DNA of 64,000 nucleotides from Candidatus Methanosuratincola verstraetei (GTDB taxonomy: Archaea; Thermoproteota; Methanomethylicia; Methanomethylicales; Methanomethylicaceae), in contig CP186953.1 of NCBI GenBank assembly GCA_049570475.1, positions 1,408,001 through 1,472,000 on the forward strand, read 5' to 3'. Position numbers and translations under genes: made by a program. Below are positions 57,531 to 64,000 of the stretch, one piece after another (positions within the stretch are counted from its first letter, which is position 1; each line of letters starts with the position of its first letter). Below the pieces are notes generated by a model. The model had not been told where the DNA came from. It did no database searches and saw only the letters and a program-made list of their open reading frames with translations.

Positions 57531-58580
57531 ATGTCTGAGGTAAAGTTCGGGATATGGGAAAAATACCTTAGCGTATGGGTATTCCTTTTCATCGTGGTTG
57601 GAATAGCCATAGGGAGGCTCTTCCCTGGCGTTTCTGACCTGCTCGGGCAGTTCTCAGTTGCGTACGTGAATGTGCCTATCGCGATCTGCCTCTTCGCCAT
57701 GATCTACCCAATAATGGTGCAGATTGACTTCAATGAAGTGATCAGGGCTGGGAAGACCATAAAGCCGATCGCGGCCACGCTCTTTGTGAACTGGGCGATA
57801 AAGCCCTTCACCATGGCTTTCTTCGGCTGGGCATTCCTGCTGGTGATGTTCTCGCCGTTCATACCCGATTCTCTGGCTGCGCAATACCAGTACGGGCTAA
57901 TTCTGCTCGGCGTGGCCCCGTGCACAGCGATGGTCCTCGTGTGGAGCTACCTTGCAAGGGGGAACATGGGGCACACGCTGGTCATGGTTGCAATAAACTC
58001 GCTGACAATGGTTGCTCTGTACGCCCCCCTCGCGGTATTCCTGCTGGGCATATCTGGGATTTCTATCCCCTGGGAAACGATAGGATTCGCAATAACAATG
58101 TACATACTGCTGCCGCTGATAGCGGGCTTCTACACGAGAAGGTATGCCCTCAGGAGGAAGGGTCTCGAGTGGCTCAACACCTCCCTGAAGCCGAAGCTCG
58201 GAAGGGCGTCAATAATTGCCCTCCTTGTCACGCTGATCATCCTCTTCTCTACACAAGGCTATTTGATCCTCGAGCAGCCCCTGGTCATCGTCATGATCGC
58301 GTTGCCCATCTTCATCAACATACTCGTGATCTTCATAATAGCTTACGCCATATCGAAGCTGATTGGGCTCCCCTACGAGGATGCCGCACCCACGGCGCTC
58401 ATCGGCGGGAGCAACCACTTTGAGGTAGCCATAGCGGTGGCAATAACCCTTTTCGGGCTCGAGTCTGGCGCCGCGCTCTCCACAGTGGTCGGGGTGCTCA
58501 CGGAGGTCCCATTTATGCTGCTGCTGGTTTACCTCTGCAAGGCAACGAGAGGCTGGTTCAAGGCAAAGGATAGGGATTGA
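57531..58580 (+). CDS. acr3: ACR3 arsenite efflux transporter
   Basis: EKYLSVW, MIYP, NWAIKPFTM, APCTAMV..W, SNHFEVAIA, GVLTEVP. Confidence 0.95.
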   Translation: MSEVKFGIWEKYLSVWVFLFIVVGIAIGRLFPGVSDLLGQFSVAYVNVPIAICLFAMIYPIMVQIDFNEVIRAGKTIKPIAATLFVNWAIKPFTMAFFGWAFLLVMFSPFIPDSLAAQYQYGLILLGVAPCTAMVLVWSYLARGNMGHTLVMVAINSLTMVALYAPLAVFLLGISGISIPWETIGFAITMYILLPLIAGFYTRRYALRRKGLEWLNTSLKPKLGRASIIALLVTLIILFSTQGYLILEQPLVIVMIALPIFINILVIFIIAYAISKLIGLPYEDAAPTALIGGSNHFEVAIAVAITLFGLESGAALSTVVGVLTEVPFMLLLVYLCKATRGWFKAKDRD

Positions 58581-58613
58581 AATACATTTTATTTTTTTAT
58601 ACTACGGGCCGAA

Positions 58614-59816
58614 TTAGGTGAAGCCCCCTTGAAGCTTTAGTATATGAAAGAGTTCGCTCCCATTGAAACGCCCGAGCTTGCCCTTCGCTGCCGCAGCCTC
58701 GGAATACTCCTTCACGCCATCTGGGTTGAGTTTCCATCCTGATGCCACAACAGGAACAGGATCAGCAGTATGCCTCCGCAGCTCGGTGGATGTAACGTGG
58801 TCAGCAAGTACGGCAACAAGGCATTCTTTAAGTTCGATACGTTCCAGCAAGAATCCGATCATCTCGTCTATCCTCCTTATCATTCTGATCTTTCCTTGGA
58901 CGTCCCCATTGTGGCTGAGCTCATCGGTAGCCTCCACGTGCAGGAGTGCAAAGTCAAATTTCTCGAGGGCGTCCAACGCAGATCTCGCCTTAGAAATGAG
59001 ATCCGTATCTGGCTTGCCTGTAGCTCCCTGCACTTGGGGCACATGCATCCCACATAACCTGCAAATCCCCTTGATTAGCGGCACAGCAGCAATCCCTGCC
59101 CCCTCCATCCCGTGCCTTTCATTAAAGCTGGGCAGCATCGGCGCCCTCCCCCCGCCCCAAGGGATCAGTGTGAAGCATCCAGCCGGGCTTTCCACCCTCA
59201 GCTTGCCACTGATTATTCTGGCGCTCAATTCCCTGAATTGATAAAGCACCTCGGCGGTCTTCTCCCCCCCAGATCCTGTTCCCCTCGGGCGATCCGGGAG
59301 GCAGCCCAGCCGCTTCGGTTGTGGGTAGGTGATTTCAGGAGCCGACCGCTTGCCCCGAAGGGTCAGAATTCCCCTGTAACCCAGCGTAAACCTGAAGCTT
59401 GCCTCTATCCCTTCGAACCGATCCTGAAGCTCTTGGTTTATCTCTTTCTCAACCTCTGACCGGATCCCTTCGTCTAGCTCGACCTTTTCGTCTATTACAA
59501 CCCCATCCGGGCTCAGCATGCAGAGGTTGCACCTATAAAAAGCGCCGTCAGGCTGCATCTCTATTCCTGCGCCAGCGGCCTCCAGCGGTCCGCGGCCTGT
59601 ATAGTAGCGTCGCGGGTTGTACCCAAGGAAATTCAGGTGCGCAACATCGCTTCCTGGCGGAATGCCGGCGATTGGGGGATCCATTAGACCGGAACGACCT
59701 GTTGCCGCGAGTGTATCCAAATTCTCTGCCCCCGCCGCTTGGAGCGGGGTCTTGCCGCCGAGATCGCCTATGGGCAGGTCGGCCATGCCGTCTGCGACTA
59801 TGAGCAGAATCTGCAT
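58614..59816 (-). CDS. apgM: Cofactor-independent phosphoglycerate mutase family (ApgM-like)
   Basis: DGMAD, KTPL, PGSD, TGRGPLEAAG, ATDELSH, ADHVT, HTADPVP; ATG at 59816. Confidence 0.88.
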   Translation of the reverse strand: MQILLIVADGMADLPIGDLGGKTPLQAAGAENLDTLAATGRSGLMDPPIAGIPPGSDVAHLNFLGYNPRRYYTGRGPLEAAGAGIEMQPDGAFYRCNLCMLSPDGVVIDEKVELDEGIRSEVEKEINQELQDRFEGIEASFRFTLGYRGILTLRGKRSAPEITYPQPKRLGCLPDRPRGTGSGGEKTAEVLYQFRELSARIISGKLRVESPAGCFTLIPWGGGRAPMLPSFNERHGMEGAGIAAVPLIKGICRLCGMHVPQVQGATGKPDTDLISKARSALDALEKFDFALLHVEATDELSHNGDVQGKIRMIRRIDEMIGFLLERIELKECLVAVLADHVTSTELRRHTADPVPVVASGWKLNPDGVKEYSEAAAAKGKLGRFNGSELFHILKLQGGFT

Positions 59817-59887
59817 ACATTTTTTGATTTGTGGCAACAACTTTTTATATTTATGGTTGGATAATCCATCCTTGAGAAAGAACGGGG

Positions 59888-60994
59888 GTGCCAAAAATAA
59901 AAACAATCGGTGCACTAGCCGTCATTGCTTTAGCAATAAGCCTAGTTACCGCTGCTTTGGTATTTTCAAACAACAGCACTCTTTCTGCGCTCGACTCCCG
60001 GCTGATCGCAATGAACTCGACGCTAAACAATCTCAAGGGCGAACTTAGCTCTCTCCAGGATGAGCTGAATATAGTCAGGGCTTCCTATTACCCTCTCGTG
60101 ATTGAAGATGCGCTGGGAAGGGTAGTGACGATAAAATCAGAACCAACAAGGATAGTCTCTGGAGCGCCGTCAATCACCGAGACCCTCTTTGCGCTAGGGC
60201 TTTCAAGCAGAGTAGTGGGCGCCGATTCATACTCGAATTACCCAAGCGAGTTTCTCCAGCTGAAGGCGCAGGGCAAGATAGCAATTGTAGGCGGGGTCAC
60301 GACGCTAGACCCTGAAAAAGTTGCTGCCCAGAAGCCAGATCTCGTTGTCATAGATGCAAGCCTCCAAGGCAAGTTCATCCCTGCGCTCGAAAGCCTGGGG
60401 CTTACGGTTGTAGCGCTTGATACAAAGAGCGTCGAAAGCGCAAAGAGCAACTTCCAGTTGCTTGCAAAGATAACGTACAAGCTGAGCGAAGGCGTAAGAA
60501 TAGTGGACCGGCTTAACACAGCCATCCAGAACGTCTCTGGGAAAGTCTCTGGGTCAAGTCCAACAAAAGTGCTCTTCGTGGTTTGGCATGACCCTATGTA
60601 TGCCGCCGGAAACGGAACATACCTGGGGGAATTGATCTCGATTGCAGGCGGAGTAAATATTGCAGGCAACAGGACTGGATGGGTCGTTGTAAATCCTGAG
60701 CAGGTAGTAGCTGCAAACCCTGACGTATTGATAATGAGCTCGATGTCTCTGCCAATGAATCCAGAACAGGTTTTTGCTTATTTCAGATCGCTGCCCGGAT
60801 TCGAAAATGTCAATGCGGTGAGGAATAACAGGGTTTACATTCTTACTGAGGATGCTTCGAACGCGTTGGAGAGGGCAGGACCGAGGCTGGTCGATGGCGT
60901 TTACATACTGGGATACATACTCCATCCCGAAGCCTTCAAGGTCCAGCTGCCAAACGTGCTCGCCGGGAACTACACAAGCTATTTGGGGAGATAG
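59888..60994 (+). CDS. btuF: Cobalamin/iron-chelate ABC transporter substrate-binding protein
   Basis: DALGRVV, PTRIVS.APSITETLFALG, GGVN, PDV, AVRNNRV, GPR. Confidence 0.85.
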   Translation: MPKIKTIGALAVIALAISLVTAALVFSNNSTLSALDSRLIAMNSTLNNLKGELSSLQDELNIVRASYYPLVIEDALGRVVTIKSEPTRIVSGAPSITETLFALGLSSRVVGADSYSNYPSEFLQLKAQGKIAIVGGVTTLDPEKVAAQKPDLVVIDASLQGKFIPALESLGLTVVALDTKSVESAKSNFQLLAKITYKLSEGVRIVDRLNTAIQNVSGKVSGSSPTKVLFVVWHDPMYAAGNGTYLGELISIAGGVNIAGNRTGWVVVNPEQVVAANPDVLIMSSMSLPMNPEQVFAYFRSLPGFENVNAVRNNRVYILTEDASNALERAGPRLVDGVYILGYILHPEAFKVQLPNVLAGNYTSYLGR

Positions 60995-62016
60995 TGCCAT
61001 TGCATGCACAGCCGGTTAACAAGAGGCTTAGGCTTTCCCTCTACGTCATAACCCTATCCATTTTTTTTAGCCTGGCCTTCATGATTTCGGTAATGATTGG
61101 AACTATGCAGCTCTCGCCATTCGAGGTTGCCGATTCGATCATCAACCCTAACAGCGACCCTGTAGCCAGGAGCATAGTGTTGGGATACAGGATACCGCGC
61201 ATCCTGTTCGCATCGCTGACAGGCTTTGTTCTGGGCGTCTCTGGAGGGGTGATACAGACGCTCACTAGAAACCCGCTTGCAGACCCGTACATAACCGGGA
61301 TGTCCTCCGGCGCCGCCCTAGGGGCCGCAATCGCTTTTGTCGTTCCATTTTTGCCGTACTATGCGGTTCCAATCATGGCGTTCTTGGGTGGAGTCTCGAT
61401 GCTTTTGTTGTCGATATTCCTTGCGAAGAAGGCTGGAGCGGGACCGATAGGGTTTATTCTTGCTGGAGTAGCTGTGGGCACCTTCGCAAGCGCGATACTT
61501 ATGGTAGTCCTAGCGCTCGCATCCGAAAAGTCACATGGCATACTCTACTGGCTCTTCGGATCCTTCTCAACCTCCACATGGGGCGATTTACAGACTGCAT
61601 CTGCAGTCTCGATGCCTGCCATAATATTTGCACTATATAAAGCAAGGGATCTCAATATACTGCTTCTAGGAGAAGAACACGCAGCCCAGCTTGGGATCGA
61701 CTCAAGGCGATTGTGGCTCCTAATGCTACTGCTATCGAGCCTAGCCGTGTCTGCCTGCGTCTCGTTCTGCGGCATAATTGGTTTCATAGGTCTCGTTGCG
61801 CCTCACATGGTGAGGTTAACCATAGGGTCTGACAATAGGTTTGTTCTCCCCCTTGCGGGCTTCACAGGTTCCCTGCTCATAGTTATTGCAGACAATATAG
61901 TGAGGAATCCGCTAAACCCAATAGCGGAGATGCCCGTGGGGAGCGTCACGTCGATGATAGGCGTCCCGTTCTTCGTATATCTCCTGATAAAGAAGGGTAA
62001 GAGCTTTGGCATGTAA
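60994..62016 (+). CDS. btuC: FecCD/BtuC-type permease
   Basis: RIPR, RNPLADPY, GIIGFIGLVAPH, PVG..T..IG.PFF. Confidence 0.88.
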   Translation: MPLHAQPVNKRLRLSLYVITLSIFFSLAFMISVMIGTMQLSPFEVADSIINPNSDPVARSIVLGYRIPRILFASLTGFVLGVSGGVIQTLTRNPLADPYITGMSSGAALGAAIAFVVPFLPYYAVPIMAFLGGVSMLLLSIFLAKKAGAGPIGFILAGVAVGTFASAILMVVLALASEKSHGILYWLFGSFSTSTWGDLQTASAVSMPAIIFALYKARDLNILLLGEEHAAQLGIDSRRLWLLMLLLSSLAVSACVSFCGIIGFIGLVAPHMVRLTIGSDNRFVLPLAGFTGSLLIVIADNIVRNPLNPIAEMPVGSVTSMIGVPFFVYLLIKKGKSFGM

Positions 62017-62818
62017 TTTGGTTGTTGATGGAATTAGGGTTGAAATCGGATCCTGCAAGATACTTGACAATATCGAGATCAGGGTCGGGGGAGGGGAGAT
62101 TCTGGCTATAATTGGTCCCAACGGATCTGGGAAGACCACCCTACTCAAGTGCATTTCTAGAACCATCAGCCCTGTCAGTGGGGAGATAATTGTCTGCGGC
62201 AGGCCTGCTAGGGAGTACAGCAATCGCGAGTACTCCAAAACAGTCAGCGCAATGCTTCCACAGTGGCCCAGCGGATTCAGCATGAAATCCTACGAGATAG
62301 TCCTGATGGGCTGCCGTAACCAGTCTACTGGAGTTTGGTGGGAGGGTGAAAAAGAGCTCGAGGTCGCACGTGCAGCCTTGGGCGTTCTGAACGCCATGGA
62401 TCTATATGAAAGGGATTTTGATACGCTCAGCAGCGGGGAGCAGAGGAAGGTCCTTATCGCCAAATCGTTGGCGCAGAGGACTGGGATAATATTGTTGGAC
62501 GAGCCTGTTGCATACCTCGACATGAAGCACAAGCTTGAGGTCATGACCGTCCTCAGGGCCCTTGCAGACATGGGGAAGACCGTCCTGGTGACTCTTCACG
62601 AGATAGACTTGGCATCAAAGTACTGCGAGAATGTGGTGGTTCTAAGCGAGGGCAAGGTAGTGGCTGCCGGAAAGCCGAGGGAGGTAATCACATCTGAACT
62701 CTTGAGCAGCGTTTACGGGGTCGAGGCGGTGGTCAAGTGGGATGAAGAGATCGACTACCCTGTAATTGTACCAAAGACAGGGCGCCTTCAGAGAGGGGAG
62801 ATATCTTGCCTAATGTGA
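62006..62818 (+). CDS. btuD: FepC/BtuD-type ABC ATPase
   Basis: GPNGSGKTT, LSSGEQRK, LLDEP, LHEIDLA. Confidence 0.88.
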   Translation: MACNLVVDGIRVEIGSCKILDNIEIRVGGGEILAIIGPNGSGKTTLLKCISRTISPVSGEIIVCGRPAREYSNREYSKTVSAMLPQWPSGFSMKSYEIVLMGCRNQSTGVWWEGEKELEVARAALGVLNAMDLYERDFDTLSSGEQRKVLIAKSLAQRTGIILLDEPVAYLDMKHKLEVMTVLRALADMGKTVLVTLHEIDLASKYCENVVVLSEGKVVAAGKPREVITSELLSSVYGVEAVVKWDEEIDYPVIVPKTGRLQRGEISCLM

Positions 62819-63765
62819 ACCCGAAGGAGATGCTCTTCTGCCTACTGAGGGACGCGATCCTGAGGCGGAAACCTGACGGCGTTGTGCTTTCAGGAGGCAT
62901 TGACAGCAGCCTGATCGCCGCTCTCACCCCTAAGGGTATGATTAGACTTGGAGTGACCGCAGCCTTTGAAGGCTCAGAAGCTCATGATAGAGCCTACTCA
63001 AAAATGGTTGCTGATAGGCTCGGGATAAGGCATGCCATTGTTGAGTACGGGATGGATGAAGCAGCCGGTGCTGCAAGAGAGATTGTGAGGCTGCTTAGGA
63101 CATTCGACCATGTTGAGATAAGGAACGACATAACGATCTACATCGCAATGAAATTCTGCCGAGATGAAGGCATAGGATGTGTGATGACCGGCGACGGCGG
63201 GGATGAACTTTTTGCAGGTTACGACTATATGCTGAAGATGAGAGAACGCGATCTAATAGACTACACCGATTCCCTTATCGACAAGTGGTCTTTCTCTTCG
63301 AGCCGGCTGGGGACGCATTTGGGAATTGAGGTCTCTCAGCCATACCTTGATCCCGGAGTGATCGAGTTCGCACGCCAATTGCCTTACGAATGGAGGGTGC
63401 GCCGGTCCGGCAAGGTCCTAGGAAAATGGATTCTCAGATCTCTGCTCGAAGAGCTTGGTTTCCCAGAGATAGCATGCAGAAGTAAGGAGCCTATTGAGCT
63501 CGGGAGCGGGAGCGAGTCTATATCAAGGCTTCTGAACGAGGCCTTGGGAGACGAGGCTGATGATATTGTCGCCGAGGCCCTAGACGACGGGGTACGGTTC
63601 TGGAGCAAAGAACAGGCTTACTTCTACAAAATATACAAGGAGATCTTTGGCAAAGTGCCGCGGGCATCGATCCGCGACCAAGCCTGCGCCTGCTGCGGCG
63701 CTGCCCTGGATTCGAGAAGGATGGTTTGCAGTTACTGCGGGTTTAGCAATGGTTCTAATTGGTGA
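62806..63765 (+). CDS. Asparagine-synthetase-like PP-loop domain protein (no glutaminase domain) with C-terminal Zn ribbon
   Basis: LSGGIDSS, TGDGGDELFAGY, PYLD, KWILR, CACC...CSYC. Confidence 0.82.
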   Translation: MPNVNPKEMLFCLLRDAILRRKPDGVVLSGGIDSSLIAALTPKGMIRLGVTAAFEGSEAHDRAYSKMVADRLGIRHAIVEYGMDEAAGAAREIVRLLRTFDHVEIRNDITIYIAMKFCRDEGIGCVMTGDGGDELFAGYDYMLKMRERDLIDYTDSLIDKWSFSSSRLGTHLGIEVSQPYLDPGVIEFARQLPYEWRVRRSGKVLGKWILRSLLEELGFPEIACRSKEPIELGSGSESISRLLNEALGDEADDIVAEALDDGVRFWSKEQAYFYKIYKEIFGKVPRASIRDQACACCGAALDSRRMVCSYCGFSNGSNW

Positions 63766-63771
63766 GTAATT

Positions 63772-64000
63772 TTGCGGGGCTTGGCGTTTTTCTCAGGAGG
63801 CAAAGACTCCGTCTTTTCATTAATGAAGGCAAAGCAGAACGGCGTCCCTGTCGACTACCTGCTCTTCAACACCCACGAATTCCAGATCCCGAACGTCCAC
63901 GAAATAAACATCTGCCTCGTTAGGGCGATGGCCGATCTCATTGGGATCCCACTAAAGGTTCTCCATCTTGAGCCTGGTAGGGAGCACGAGGTGCTTTCAA
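63772..64000 (+). CDS. Partial DUF71/COG2102 (Dph6-like) PP-loop ATP pyrophosphatase
   Basis: Hand translation from TTG with GGTGA RBS: MRGLAFFSGGKDS...H..N...VRAMADLIGIPL...; runs off the right edge. Confidence 0.8.
   Translation, partial: MRGLAFFSGGKDSVFSLMKAKQNGVPVDYLLFNTHEFQIPNVHEINICLVRAMADLIGIPLKVLHLEPGREHEVLS

Noticed and set aside
59817-59887. Cobalamin riboswitch before btuF
   Set aside because: The intergenic region is only 71 bp, AT-rich and shared by two divergent promoters, with no B12-box.
1-64000. Many 60-270 aa antisense or alternate-frame ORFs in the track (e.g. 11486-12304, 14508-15296, 26463-27197, 32968-33714, 40336-41049)
   Set aside because: They are shadows of well-supported genes in GC-rich DNA, with no motifs or RBS.
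1-64000. CRISPR array, tRNA, rRNA, integrase or transposase
   Set aside because: I saw no regularly spaced repeats, cloverleaf or T-loop context, or recombinase motifs by eye. A tRNAscan/Infernal run would be needed to exclude them fully.

Overview
This is archaeal chromosomal DNA. It has TATA/BRE promoters, GGAGG/GGTGA ribosome-binding sites, many GTG/TTG starts, an archaeal ATPase, TrmB, ApgM and PolB2. The GC-rich backbone and gene content (corrinoid protein, flavodiiron protein/rubrerythrin/rubredoxin, B12 uptake) suggest an anaerobic TACK-type archaeon such as Methanomethylicales; that assignment is inference only. About 55 mostly housekeeping, transport and stress genes are present. I recognised no tRNA, rRNA, CRISPR array, integrase or transposase. 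Six things stand out. (1) A sharply AT-rich island of about 7 kb (~4390-11525) encodes a coupled operon nurA - herA - 49-aa microprotein - hookless Rad50/SMC-like ABC ATPase - 306-aa putative winged-helix protein, converging on an orphan N6-adenine methyltransferase, with no Mre11. It is a candidate undescribed anti-MGE defence system. (2) A structured 5' leader before queT-queC can fold into an RBS-occluding pseudoknot, making it a candidate archaeal preQ0/preQ1-type riboswitch. (3) A PolB2 damage-tolerance module has its RadA-like and small accessory genes fused in frame, with an internal RBS retained. (4) There is a crtI-crtB-lyeJ-cruF C50-carotenoid operon. (5) A btuFCD operon is extended by two PP-loop ligases. 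(6) Several genes appear to need non-canonical (ATT) starts.
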